From: Minutocellus sp. GHC0000111
Taxonomy: Eukaryota
Direction: 5' to 3'
NCBI GenBank assembly: GCA_977018835.1
Contig: OZ361258.1
Coordinates: forward strand, 372,001 to 436,000
Length of the DNA stretch: 64,000 nucleotides
In this document: positions 36,301-48,201 of the stretch, piece after piece
Layout of the letters: each line of letters begins with the position of its first letter
Numbering within the stretch: position 1 is the first letter of the stretch
The notes under the pieces: generated by a model
The model's input: the letters and a program-made list of their open reading frames with translations, nothing else
Databases searched by the model: none
Told to the model about the DNA's origin: nothing
Program-made: the position numbers and the translations under genes

Positions 36301-36726
36301 ATGGGAGACTCGGCACGACCATCAAGCCTGTCCTCATCCTCGCCATCAAAACCAATCCCACTGCCGTCATCTCATATCCACCGTACGATATCAGAGCTTC
36401 AACTCGAAACTGATCAGGGCATCGCGGAACTGAGAGAGTCGGCAATGTTCCAACGCCTTGCCTATGGGATGGCAGAAAATCAAAAGGCTTTGAACTTCAT
36501 CCTCCAAGATCAGGACGTTTCGGCGATTCCAAAAGCTCAACACAAGGGTGTTCATCAGTCGCCAAACACCTTGCAGACGCAGCATCAAGACGTCTGTCAC
36601 GACGATGGAAACGATCTGTCGAGCGTCTTGCGTCGTGCCTCTGAGCTTTGCTACATAAATATAAACGGTTCTGAGGAAGAGGACTCTGAAGTGGACGAAG
36701 GAATCTTTCTTATAGATGACTTGTAA
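36301..36726 (+). CDS. Small hypothetical protein
   Basis: ATG at 36301; SKPIPLP..HIHRTISELQL...MFQRLAYGM and acidic ..EGIFLIDDL end, a style typical of small diatom proteins. Confidence 0.55.
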   Translation: MGDSARPSSLSSSSPSKPIPLPSSHIHRTISELQLETDQGIAELRESAMFQRLAYGMAENQKALNFILQDQDVSAIPKAQHKGVHQSPNTLQTQHQDVCHDDGNDLSSVLRRASELCYININGSEEEDSEVDEGIFLIDDL

Positions 36727-36828
36727 ACAGAGGAAAATGACATGTCCGCGCAAAGTACCAGTATATGAATCTAGCTCGCTAAATATTAGATGATACTTAC
36801 ATGAAAAGCTGATGAGAAATAGTTATTA

Positions 36829-38088
36829 TTACTCAATGCCCAACTCATCAAAACATTTATAATTACATCCCAAGTCCCAAAGGTAGCACTCTGATACCTG
36901 CTCTTTGCTTGAGCGAACACGTCCATCTTCCGTACAAGGCCAGGTCGGTTTGCACTTTGCATCTGCAATGGCCTGGGAACGTCGGTACTGCACAAGTGCC
37001 TCCCCAAACTTCTCCCTTCCAATGGCTGCAATTATACGATCCAAGTCTCTACTTGCGGCTTCATAGAGCAACTTGTCACCCATGTTGTTTTGCTTCCATT
37101 CATTTCCGGCAAAATGATCTTCAATCCTTTGACTTCTTGGACTCTTTGGGATTCGCCTGCATTCTCCCTTGAAATTGTTTGCTCTTGACTTGACAAATAC
37201 ATGCCCCCCACTTTGTTTTGTCGTGGTATACAAAATATCCCTGGTTTCGAGCCCAAGTATGAATTGCATAGCAAACAGGGACTCGTCAAGTCTTTCCAGT
37301 AAAGCAATGAAATCAAATTCCTCGGCGGTTCGAGATACAAGTTCAAAAATTCTATCAGTGTTGCTAACCTCTTTTACTCTGTCCTTCTCCGAAGGATCGA
37401 CGACAAGACCAAGCTGAAAGTTGCGTATCGACTTCATGTGATTGAGAAAATTCTCCTCGGTTGACTCAATTCCTGTCATTCCAACTTGATAATTGTATTC
37501 ACTGATTGCTCTGCTCTTGGGATCTCGCAATATTGTAAATAAGAACGATTTGTATCGATTGCGTGTGCCGACACTAAAGTGCTTCGACCATGCGTGCGAT
37601 ACACGAGCTCGGCATATTTGAAGAGGGATACCGAGACCACGCTCCTGTGCCCGCCGCCTTCCCAAAGCATGTGCAATGCGCAGAGCAACTCCGGCCATTG
37701 TGGACGATCCTGCCTTGTCGATCTTTACAAACAAGATGCCGGCTTTGGATGGCTGACGTTGGTCCACCTCGTTCAGTGGGGTCCACGTTGTGGGCGCGCC
37801 GTCGGGGGGCTGGTCGATGATACACGGGATACGATGTCCAACGTCTTCCCAAAGAGAAAGAGCTCGCGGATAGACGCCATTCTTTGGCGTTGTATTCCAT
37901 GACAATTGGTTGGAGAATGCATATCCTACAACAAGAACCACAATAAGGGCATAGCAAACATACATGGGGCAGGACTTTGGCCATCTAACCACCGTTTGCC
38001 GATCACGTGCTTTACCGCCGACACCTGATACGCCATGCCGTGTTTCAATCGGAGTCCCGGTAGGCAAGGAGGCACGGTGCCTCCGCAT
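36829..38088 (-). CDS. Type II membrane sulfotransferase (Gal-3-O-sulfotransferase-like)
   Basis: N-terminal TM; FVKIDKAGSST (5'-PSB), LRDPKSRAISEY (3'-PB), FDFIALLERLDESL. Confidence 0.8.
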   Translation of the reverse strand: MRRHRASLPTGTPIETRHGVSGVGGKARDRQTVVRWPKSCPMYVCYALIVVLVVGYAFSNQLSWNTTPKNGVYPRALSLWEDVGHRIPCIIDQPPDGAPTTWTPLNEVDQRQPSKAGILFVKIDKAGSSTMAGVALRIAHALGRRRAQERGLGIPLQICRARVSHAWSKHFSVGTRNRYKSFLFTILRDPKSRAISEYNYQVGMTGIESTEENFLNHMKSIRNFQLGLVVDPSEKDRVKEVSNTDRIFELVSRTAEEFDFIALLERLDESLFAMQFILGLETRDILYTTTKQSGGHVFVKSRANNFKGECRRIPKSPRSQRIEDHFAGNEWKQNNMGDKLLYEAASRDLDRIIAAIGREKFGEALVQYRRSQAIADAKCKPTWPCTEDGRVRSSKEQVSECYLWDLGCNYKCFDELGIE

Positions 38089-38438
38089 GGATCATCAGGG
38101 ACGATTTCGACTGCAAGAAGTTCTGCGCATATCTTGGTTGGAGTGCTTCCAAACCACAGGGCAGAGGGGCGGCGCCGGGAGGGCGTTGTATGGCATTCCC
38201 TGTCCCTATCGGCGACGTCAATTCGACACACAAGATTCGATTCAAATGCGCGACGCGAAGGCCCGGAAGGAGACCGACCCCACTGGGAGTCACATGAACA
38301 TGGCAGCGGTCCTACATGTACACTACTGTTGCAACGATATGATAGGTGGTCTCACTCGATCGAGATAAAGAGGTCACGGACCATAGTCAACGATCTGCCG
38401 CCACAGAGCTCTCAAAAATAATCATCATTAGATCTAGT

Positions 38439-39371
38439 CTACTTCTTTCTTCTCTTGCGTTCTTCTTCTTGCAATCGCTCAACTTCTGCCATGTCTCTTG
38501 ACGGATGCCGAAATAGGCCATAATCATCCGTTTCTACTAGGTTTCGTATTGACTCCGGTAAGTCATCATAGTCCTCCACTCTGTAAGCTCGACTTCTCAT
38601 TACACCCTTTCCATTCTCCACAAAGGGCACGGCTCCTCCTTGTCTCGCCCACACGCATATTGGCGGCTGTCCCTCTGGATATGAAATATCGTGCGTATAG
38701 TCATAATTCTCCCACGCTTGATAAGATCCCATAGGCGTTTCCACATCAATGAAGACTGGGCATTGGAATGCTAGCCTATTCCTTCCCGAGGTTTCGGCTG
38801 TGATCGGCAACACAGGAACTTCTCTCGGCCCAGAAACAATAGAAGGAAGAATTGGAGGCAGTTCTGTTCCGATGCACGAAAAATCTGTGCCAGGAAAAGC
38901 TTCATCTTCTTTTGACGGCGATCTTCGGTAATCAAACACTTGATAATCATACCGTATCGGTTGGATTGGCTTGCCATTGTATTCGGTCATTATCTCATTG
39001 CTCTCGGGATGTCGCCACCAAAATATTTTGCGGGAAAATTGCCGAACGTGGCTGCAATCGGTGCTGTCGTCGTCATCCAATATGACTCCCTTGCCCACAT
39101 CAAAACCTTCAAATCTTGCAAGTAACCTCCCCGAGTATGCCTCATACAATTCCCCCGTGCCGACCCAGCACACTGCCGATGATTCGCCCGGCGTGTGAGA
39201 ATTATCGTGGCGAGATGACGAAGGGTCGACTCCAAGTCTCATCAAGCAGAATTCTGCAAAGCTATCGACTTTGGTTGATGCCCCGTCACCATTTATTGGT
39301 GCTTGTTGTTGCTGACGTGTCGACGATGGTGATGAAAATGCCAACACCTGCGTTTGGTGCTGCTTTCCCAT
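38439..39371 (-). CDS. Conserved hypothetical protein (DUF1838-like), abutting mariner copy 2
   Basis: WVGTGELY...LLARFEGFD...SRKIFWWRHPE pattern; the first host-derived ATG overlaps the TA of the transposon junction. Confidence 0.6.
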   Translation of the reverse strand: MGKQHQTQVLAFSSPSSTRQQQQAPINGDGASTKVDSFAEFCLMRLGVDPSSSRHDNSHTPGESSAVCWVGTGELYEAYSGRLLARFEGFDVGKGVILDDDDSTDCSHVRQFSRKIFWWRHPESNEIMTEYNGKPIQPIRYDYQVFDYRRSPSKEDEAFPGTDFSCIGTELPPILPSIVSGPREVPVLPITAETSGRNRLAFQCPVFIDVETPMGSYQAWENYDYTHDISYPEGQPPICVWARQGGAVPFVENGKGVMRSRAYRVEDYDDLPESIRNLVETDDYGLFRHPSRDMAEVERLQEEERKRRKK

Positions 39372-41273
39372 ACGAAGTCCGTTTCGCGAGAAATCGAGCG
39401 CAGGGCCGGGACCAAAAAATGTCGATTTTTGGGCCCGCAACCCGGACACGGACACATGCATGTAAAGCCGGAACCATCAAAACTGACAAGAGAGCACTAC
39501 ACATGCATGTACGGCATGTGTGTAGTAGCACAAATATAGCTCGAATCTAAATAATCTAGTATTATTTTAAACATAACATAACTTAAAAGCACCGCAGGAC
39601 TAATTATCCATGGTTGGATCAGAAGAGGAGGAGGAGCGATAATTTTCCCATCTATCCGAACCATGCTGCCATTTTCAGTCGGCCTGAAATCCTTTCGCAC
39701 CCCAACATGAATGCCTTCACCGTTTCCAAGAAAATCATTGTTGCCTTTTGCAACGATTACCTTCTTTGCAATTCTATGAGCCTGGATGTATGCCGATGCG
39801 ATCTTCCAGTTTTCCAGCCCCATCCAAACTTCCTCCGCTGCATCCCAAGTCTGATCCTCTGTCAAAACCTTCAGCCCCTCCCGATCGCGGCACAACATTG
39901 TATGCTGCTTTGACATGCAAGGGAAACAGACAGATCAAGAACATTCATATGGGGCATTTGCGGGGCCTGAGGTTCCCAACGCCATCCCTTGTCTCCCGAC
40001 AGCATCCTTCCACATATTCCACAAATTCAGTCTCTCGGCATGGGGCCCAGCATTGTCGCCCTGGAAAATAGGGACATAGCCTTCAAACTTTCCGCCCGGT
40101 CCGACCAAAGCCTCAACATCCGGAAATATCTTGTTCTCAAACAAAGCTTTCAGTGGGAACTTGGGATTATCAAGGGTGCCATGGCTGCATCCAGTCACCG
40201 CGCAATCCACAAGGTATAGATCGTCTTTCTTCCGAACCACCGGGCCGCAATATTTGATTCTACCATCTGCCTGCCGCACCGCCTCCCTTACCATCTGCCT
40301 CGCAATTTTATGCGCCTGAGCCCGAAAAAGTCCAAGCTTGAACGCAATGCCGCCATTCTCAATGCTGTCAATAAAAGCCAAGGCAGTGACAGCCACCACC
40401 ATGCACTTGTTGATGTGATTTCGGTGATATGCCGAGAAGGACCGAGGATCAATACCCAATTCTGCAACTTGCTTGGCATACGATCGAAGAACCAAGCCCC
40501 AAAACCACTTCTCATCGAACATAACAAGGAGAAACTTGCCACCGCCGAGCCCCCAATTGTTTCGGAATTTCCGCGCAAATGCCAAATGTTTCTCCATCTG
40601 ATGTGTAGTAAGGAGAGGGATGATCCTTTCGGCATAGTACCGGAACCCTTCCCGCGACATTATCCACCGCCGTATTGCCGAGTAGGAACACCAAAAGTTG
40701 ACATCCACCTCCAGCTCCCGCCAAGATTCCCGAGGATTTCGTATCAGAGCATCAACAATAACATCTCGAATGTATGGCTGCATAGCCAGATGAGATCTCC
40801 TCTTCATCTCCCACATCGCCTTCTCAGATGCAGGTAGAGCACCATACGCCTTCATCCATCCCGAAAATCGTGCACCACCATGCTCTGCGCTGGACAGCAC
40901 CGAATAGTCCACCTTTGCCTGCTCCCTGCACTTGGCAATTGCAAAGAGACATGGTGCAGTGTACCGCCGGGTCGCCGTTGCAAGATCGTCGATGACAGAA
41001 CGGAAGGCGGCCGAATCAGATGAATCATCGGCACTCGTTGGGAAGCAGTATAGGCCTACCGGTCCAAGTGCGACGAACGCGTCCATTTGATTAGAGCCGC
41101 TGAAATCTAAAGTCTTATCCGAATTATTGTTTCACATGAAGATAAATCAAAATTAGAGTAAAAATAGCCATTTTCTTAAATATTTCAGCATGACTATTCT
41201 TCGAGGCGCTTTTCAATCCCCTCGAAAGCAGTCAAAAACCGGGCGCTCGATTTCTCGCGAATCTGACCTCGTA
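39371..41273 (-). mobile_element. Tc1/mariner DNA transposon (DD38D), copy 2, shorter and more frameshifted
   Basis: TA...TA ends, TIRs TACGAAGTCCGTTTCGCGAGAAATCGAGCGC / GCGCTCGATTTCTCGCGAATCTGACCTCGTA; transposase ORFs 39935..41086 and 39497..39916 nearly identical to copy 1. Confidence 0.92.
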
Positions 41274-41568
41274 ATACACACATAGTTAAGTAGCAGAAAA
41301 GACTGTCAACTTAATGCAAAGATAGATGTTACATATCAAATTTTCTTCATTGTACTTGTACTAAGTAAGTTAGTGAGTAAGTTGGCTATCTTTCAGAAAA
41401 CTAAATATCACAAGGATAGGCTGACGGGGCAGATCTAATGCCCGCGTTCTGTGAAAGGACAAGCTTCCACCTACGTAGCTAGACTCGAGTCAATAATAGG
41501 GCACGGGGTAGATCTAGATCTGGCCCACCGTGCGCAAGGGTAGCTCCGTAGCCAGACTCCTAGACTAG

Positions 41569-43344
41569 CTAGACCGCCGTGTCAATGTCCTCGGCGTCCC
41601 TCAGAATCTCGGCAATCTGCTCCATCTGTCCCAGAAAGTAGTTCTCGAACCGGCGCTGCCGCTCGGCCTCCTCGACGTGGACCATGCCGTCGTTCACGTA
41701 GTAGTGAACGTCGAGGGCGTCGTTGCCCAGCTGTCCCCCGGCGGGTCCGGCGGTGGCGGTAACAGTGGAGTTGGCGGTGGCGGCATCGGCGGCGGGGTTG
41801 GCTGGATCGGCACCGGTGGTGGCGGTGGCAGCACCACCGTTGGACGAGGTGCACTGCATCTGCCTCGTCTTGTGCTTGTACGTCAACATTAGCGGGACAA
41901 AGTCCTCCTCCTTGACGTCATTAAAGGCGGCGAGCTTGGCAACGTCGATGCTCGTATAGAGCTTCATGTAGCTCCGCAGCTTGCGGAGTGTCGACTGGAC
42001 GTCCATCTCCGACGTGAACTGCCGGACCTGGAGACGGTACGCGTCCTGCCCGGTGGGGATTTCTCCCTCTCCCTCCTCCCCGCCGGCGGTGGAGTCGGCG
42101 TTGAGGACGCGGTTGTAGTCGGGGACGTTGGCGCTGATGAACTTGGGACAGGCAAACACGAACAATTCCTCGTATCCCTCCTCCCCACTCTCAATCTTGG
42201 TCAATTGGGCGGAATGACGTTCTCTCACAACGCGTCCGATGGTGTCGTCCACCACGCCCTCGTCGATGTTGGGACAGACGTGGCCCAAAATCGCCAGCAA
42301 TGCGAGGATGCGGTCGTACTGTCGGCCGTACTGATCGGAGTGGGGGGACGAGCGGAGCTGCCCCGTCTTGAAGCCGCGCTGCATGAAGGTGGCGATGGCG
42401 CCCAGGGTCGAGGCGGCGTCGCGGTACCGTCGCAGCAAGAGGTAGGAGACGCCTGCGTGGTAACTCATGGAGATGCGGGCGGGGATGACGCTCTGCACAA
42501 CCTCCTCGGCGGTCCGAAGCTCGGCGGAGTCGCTGCTCACCTGAATCTTGGGGGCGGTGGGGTCAAAGATGGGCGAAAGGGCGAGGAGGGAGGAGGTGTA
42601 GTCTCCCAGCAGACATTCGAGGCGGGAGAGGGCCACGCTGGCAAAGATGCCGAGGGTGCGGTAGGCCGGTCCACCTCTTGCGGCGGTGGCGGCAATCTGG
42701 TCGGCACTGCCGGTACCGGCACGGACCAAACGGTGGAGGTAGCCCAGCACCCTCTCGACGGCCCAGGCCTGCCGGTTCTCGGACAATACCGCCAAATTCT
42801 CCATGACGGCGGCGCTGGGCTGTCCCTTGCCGCCCTCCCCGGCATTCTGGGCCCGTGCCGCGGCCGCGTACGTGTTGGTCCGGAACTGGCAGAATCCCTG
42901 AAACTGGTAGACGAACTCGTGGAGGATGTCGAAGGCCCAGTCCGGCAACAGGTACAGACCGTCCCCGCCGGGGGCTGGAGAAGGATCGTCGCCCTCGACT
43001 TCGGACAGGAGGGCGTCGAACAACCGCGTGTACACGTGCCAGCCGGCGATCCGGTCGGACACCGACGGACGGCCCAGCGAGTGCAAGTGGCGGGCGGTCA
43101 GCTCCGTGTACAGCGCGAGGAACAACGGATCGTCGCCGCATTCGCTGCTGACGGCCTTGGCGGACGGCCAGGGGGTCTTGTCGAAGTACTTTTTGGTGAG
43201 GTCGGCGAAGGTGTCGCGGTACAGCGCCGCCTGCTCGGCGGGAAGGTGGGAGCGCCGGGCGCTGTCGTGCAGGTCGAAGACAAAGTCCTTGAGGGGGCCG
43301 GGGAGGCACGCATCGTTGGGGTCGGCACTGGCGGCGGCGGACAT
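41569..43344 (-). CDS. EIF3L: Translation initiation factor 3 subunit L
   Basis: WAFDILHEFVYQFQGFCQFR, LSRLECLLGDY, LRRYRDA, ELFVFACPKF, LRSYMKLYTSI; ATG at 43344. Confidence 0.93.
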   Translation of the reverse strand: MSAAASADPNDACLPGPLKDFVFDLHDSARRSHLPAEQAALYRDTFADLTKKYFDKTPWPSAKAVSSECGDDPLFLALYTELTARHLHSLGRPSVSDRIAGWHVYTRLFDALLSEVEGDDPSPAPGGDGLYLLPDWAFDILHEFVYQFQGFCQFRTNTYAAAARAQNAGEGGKGQPSAAVMENLAVLSENRQAWAVERVLGYLHRLVRAGTGSADQIAATAARGGPAYRTLGIFASVALSRLECLLGDYTSSLLALSPIFDPTAPKIQVSSDSAELRTAEEVVQSVIPARISMSYHAGVSYLLLRRYRDAASTLGAIATFMQRGFKTGQLRSSPHSDQYGRQYDRILALLAILGHVCPNIDEGVVDDTIGRVVRERHSAQLTKIESGEEGYEELFVFACPKFISANVPDYNRVLNADSTAGGEEGEGEIPTGQDAYRLQVRQFTSEMDVQSTLRKLRSYMKLYTSIDVAKLAAFNDVKEEDFVPLMLTYKHKTRQMQCTSSNGGAATATTGADPANPAADAATANSTVTATAGPAGGQLGNDALDVHYYVNDGMVHVEEAERQRRFENYFLGQMEQIAEILRDAEDIDTAV

Positions 43345-43702
43345 GGTGAAGGTGGGTGTGGAAGCGGGTGAAAACCTTCGTTGTCGTCGCTTGTGACAGA
43401 ATGACGGCCATGGTTGCTGCTGCTGCTGCCTCCCTCGTTTCCATCCGGTTATGAGCTGAATTTGATTTTTTAGTCGATCGAGTCGAGGAAACTCGCTGAG
43501 CCTCCAATTAAAACTTGCCATCCATCCATCGTTACCTATCTCTAGAGAGAGCTAGACTAGATCTACATGTAGATTGCATGACGGTACCGGTACAATTACC
43601 CGGTACAATAAGAAGCTTCCAGTGACAACTCGTACTCATACCTGTAGCTTCTGTTCTATGCATTTCTAGGAATTGCTATGTGCTGTGCCGGCATGTCTTC
43701 TA

Positions 43703-44918
43703 GTTGCGAAAGCTGGGCGACACAGTCGAAGGAGGTCCAAGCCCTCAGAGCCTTCCAGTTTCGTTGTCTCCGTACTATTCTCAAGATCAACGTAATGCAC
43801 AAGATTTCAAGGGCTACAATCTTGGAGATGTGCCAGGTCCAAGACATCATCCAAATGATGGACTTTCGTCGGGCGCGCTGGATCGAGAAGCTGTCGCACA
43901 TGGACTTCACCCGATGCCCTCGTCTTCTCTTTGGCTGCTGGCTGTACGGTAGGGTGTACCACCGAGATTCCAAGCCACTCAAGACGATTGGACACTCCCA
44001 CACCGACAGTCTGAAGCGTGTCGGTGAAGCTTCGTTCCTCGAAGATGGTGTTGCAACAATAGCTCCGTTCGTCAAAAAAGCTGGATCAATCACCGTCGCT
44101 CCTCGGACACACCCACTGTTTCAACTAGTGCAATCGGAAGCCTGGCCATCGATGATGGAGAAGTATTTGGGACTCGAGCCCGGCACCTATGCTACCTTCA
44201 AGCCTACGGCGCCGGGGCAGATGCCACCGAGAAGGTCCAGAGCCGCCATCGCCATCGAACCATCGACGCCGAGCAACGATAGAGGCCCCGCTGTTTGTGG
44301 AAATTGCCGCTGCGTCGATTGCCTCGGCCCGCCGTGCCTCTCGCCTCTCAGCCGACCTCCCCTTTGCAATAGTTGTGGATTTCGCCATGGTCCAACATGC
44401 ACACAGTGCTCCCTCATCACTACCAACAAAAACAACGCCGTCATCACAGAGCCGTTTACTGCCGATGACGTAGAAGTAGCCGTCAACGAATTATCTCCCC
44501 ATTCGACTCAGAGCATCAGCCGCGCTACCATGTCTCCGATGATAAATGCTCTTACTAATGCTACAGTAGCTGCAGTAATAGCATCCGTCGAAGAAGACAC
44601 AGAAGTGCCCGTACCAAGAAGAACTACCAGGAGCCAATCAGCCAGACTTAATCTGGCAGCTACCTTCGAAGGCTTCGTACCGGCCAACAATCCCAACGCT
44701 TGGAGAGACCGTGACCTCGAATAGACCTACAAGTACTGACCCTCACCTCACCCTCACTCAATCTTACCCTACAATGTTTACAATTGCGATTTTTCGTTTA
44801 TGTTATTGATATTTGTTCTTACTGATGCAAATGAGGCTACCTATTCAATCGAATTTGGTTCTAACTTTTCATTATGATAGATAGATTTAAGCTGTACTTA
44901 GCGGGACGAACACCACCA
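43703..44918 (+). mobile_element. 5'-truncated non-LTR retrotransposon (RTE-like ORF C-terminus)
   Basis: CESW...LRAFQFRCLRTILKI...RRARWIEKLSHMD..RCPR post-RT region; 11-bp TSD CATGTCTTCTA at 43692..43702 and 44919..44929; (CAC)n tail. Confidence 0.88.
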
Positions 44919-45110
44919 CATGTCTTCTAACTCTAGATCTACTAGGACGACCGGGACCGTACGATCTCACGCACCAGCAAAGGTTCAACAATCATTCATC
45001 ATCATCATCATCATCATCATGCGTGTGTCGTCAAATGATGAGACGGCACACGCATGCCCAAATCGCTCACCGACATTGATTCATCCACATATCGTGGATC
45101 CTCACCGGCC

Positions 45111-47518
45111 TTATGGTGGTGGTTGCTGTGCATGTGGGTTGGCCGTCGGTGCCAACAACGATGATGGTGCTCCTGCCGCCTCTCCTGCCGCCACGGTGGC
45201 AGTACCGGTAGAAGGAGGATCGATCGTGATGACCTCATCCAGCACCTGCAAAGCTTTGGAGAAAGACCCGTTGGACAGGTTGGAGTCGCTTCTGCCGGTA
45301 CTACTATTCGTGGCCGGCCTACCCATAGTACCAGGCATATGGCCAGTACCGCCTACGCCTCCGCTCGAAAATTGATGCTGCTGGTCCAGAGGCAAAGAAG
45401 CCGCAGCTGTAACTGGCGTTGCCATATCTGAAAACGCTGCATTGTTCCGAGGTGCTCCATCACTGATTCCAAAGTCATCATTGAAATCGGCATCGTTGTC
45501 CAAGTCCAGAGCCCGGAAATCGTCCAGGTCGCCGCCGAGGGAGCTTTGGATCGACGGTCGCCTCCTCGGGGGCTCGTATTCGTTGGTGCCGACGGAATCG
45601 CCGTCTCCGTCGGACAGCCCGCGCTTGCTCCCCGAAGACAGAAAGGTGCTGCTCCCGTGCGAATCGCGGCTGGTCCAGCTGCTCCGACGGTCCAAACGGT
45701 CGCGATACGAACCCTTGCGCTTCTCGGCCTCCTCGTGGCCCTTGACGACGTCGTTGATGCCCATGAAGCCATATTCGGTCTGGAAGTGAGCATTGGTCAA
45801 GGCATCTCCGCCGGCATTTCCGCCGCCCACGGCCATACTAGTAGCATCGCTTTGCGCTTGAACAGGGTTCTGGCTGCTGGCGGCAAAGTAGGCCGAAGCG
45901 GCCGGATCATTCGCCGACTCGTCCACAAAGCCCTTCCCGTCCTCTCGCAGGGGTCTGGGTTCAAACATCTCGATGGGAAATTCCGACCCACCGGCGGGGA
46001 AGCTGGCTCTTCGACCTCCTTGTTCACCATATCGACCAGTGGTGCCGACTTTGAATCCACCAGTTGGATCCACACCAGTCATCACCGCAGGGTTGGGAAG
46101 GTTCGTTGGCACGGCCGTCGACGAAGGTGGGGGCGTCAGTGCCGATTCGCAATTGTGGTTGTTGATCAGCTCCCAGTTTGGGCTGTACATTTGCATCGCA
46201 GCAGCAGCATGCACCTGCTGCGGCATCTGGGGAATGGGAACATTGCCCCCTCCGGTGCTGTTTCTTCGCAACGATCCGGGTTGGGATAGCTGCGATTGAT
46301 GCGAATGCTGCGAATGCTGTGGAATATCATTGCGATTCAGAGTGCCGGCAGCCATGGAGGATGCGGTTCCAGATGCACCGCTGTGCGCACTGACATTCAT
46401 CGTTGCAAAGCCCTCAGCATTATGGTCGGGAACTCCGACATCCTTTCGAAACATGCCTTTGATGGCCTTTCTGATCTTGGGTGCCTTTGGCTTCTTCTTC
46501 TTGCTCCCGCCACTGCTCTTCGCACCAGCTGCTGCACCACTACCAACCCCCACCGGGGGACCCCCACTGTTCTCTCCGCCGAATATGTGCCTTACGTCGG
46601 GAACCTCCCCGGCATCCTCGGTACCGGCAAAGAAGATGCCCGCCCGGCCATCCTTCCCGTCGACCATGTGCAAATAACGAACGCACGAGGCCATCCAGTA
46701 ATTGCCGGCGGATCCGCGGGATTTTTGGGCCTTCTTGGCCGACTTGATGGATTCCACCTTTGCCCGGACATCCCCGGGCATGGCTTGGCACTTGGGATAG
46801 TGATGGCTGTGCAATGGTGCGATTGTGTGAATGCGACGAGGAGCAAAATATGAGAAGTAGATGAAACGACTGGATAGCTAGGGTTCCAACGCTTACTTCC
46901 TTTCGGCTGACCCTGTACCAACACCAGCACAAGATACAAGATACACCAAACAACTCACCGCTGATAGTTCCTCACGGCCTGGTGGACGTTCTTGATGCAG
47001 CTGGGATAGCTCTCGCTGCTCTTGGCCCGCTGCTTGTACTCCAGGGCCTTGCAATGGACGCATCGGATGCCGACCTGCCCGGGTATCGGGGGGACCTTGT
47101 TGCCACCGGTACAGAGCTTGGCGGCAATTTCCTCCGGGGTGGCTGAAAATACCTCGAGTTGTGAGCGGAGGAGGCACAAGTAGGGTGTCAGCCAGGAGGA
47201 ATCTTCGGCCTGCGCCATGAGCAGCTTCGTTCCGATGGGATAGGGCTGGTAGGAGGAGGAAGACGCGGCTGCAGTGTCTTGCGCTTGTCCCTGTCCGCTC
47301 ATGTCTGTCTCAGCTTCGGACGGTGGTGCGGAAGTTTCTACTTGCGAAGTGACTGTGTGAGCCGCAAGAGGTGGCATCGGCGCATCCGCGACCGCCGCGG
47401 CGACTTCCATAAAGTCGTTCGCTCCAACATTGTCGACGTCGTGCTCGTCCGTATGTACATTGTCCACCACGCCGACGTCGAGATTGAACGAGTCAAGCTG
47501 ATCGAGGGCGTCGTCCAT
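45111..47518 (-). CDS. Hypothetical protein with Cys/His domain (GQVGIRCxHC type)
   Basis: LLRSQLEVFSAT..GQVGIRCVHC..YP..NYQR|HHYPKC across GT-AG intron 46807..46958; long disordered C-terminus. Confidence 0.72.
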
Positions 47519-48201
47519 GCTTGTGTCTCTCTTTGCAAGAAAGGGGAAAATAAATGGTTACTCGACCCGACCGGCAATAAAGAAACAGCCACCTTGTGAG
47601 CGTTCTGGTCCAAACGATATTGATTTGTTCGCGCAACCAAAAACACCGGTGCCTTTGGCTTCCCGGATCGATTCGGAAGTTAAGTTGGCGGTTCCGGACG
47701 GAAGTTGGGTGTGCCGCCGTTGAGTTTCAACCCCAGCCAGCCAGTTTTTGATAATCGGTATCGCCACCGAGGGTGCGGCAATGCTACATGTATGATGACA
47801 AGTAACCGCGGTAAAATGAAAACTCGTACATGTAGACGTAGGCCGAGTTGATTTGGCTGCTGCTGCCTGCTCCCTGCCTGCTGATTGTCTTCGAGATGCG
47901 ATGCCTTTGCTTTTTTCTGTGGCGGAAGGCGCGCTGGCACATATGGAGTACCTCTATGGCGGCTTTCGTGCCCGAGCGCAAAGCGCAATAAGCCCGCCAA
48001 AAATGTGATGCCGATGGCAGGCGCCTTCCAAGTCTTGTATCGGCCATCCCTCTTTGCTTCCTTCCCATCCATGGACATGGATCCACTCTTGTGAAGCGAC
48101 GGACCCGTAAGAACCACTCGATCGCCAAGAACTTACTTCATTCAAACAAGGGACGGATTGATTCAAACCCAAAAATTATTCACACAGCCAGCTAGCTCAT
48201 A

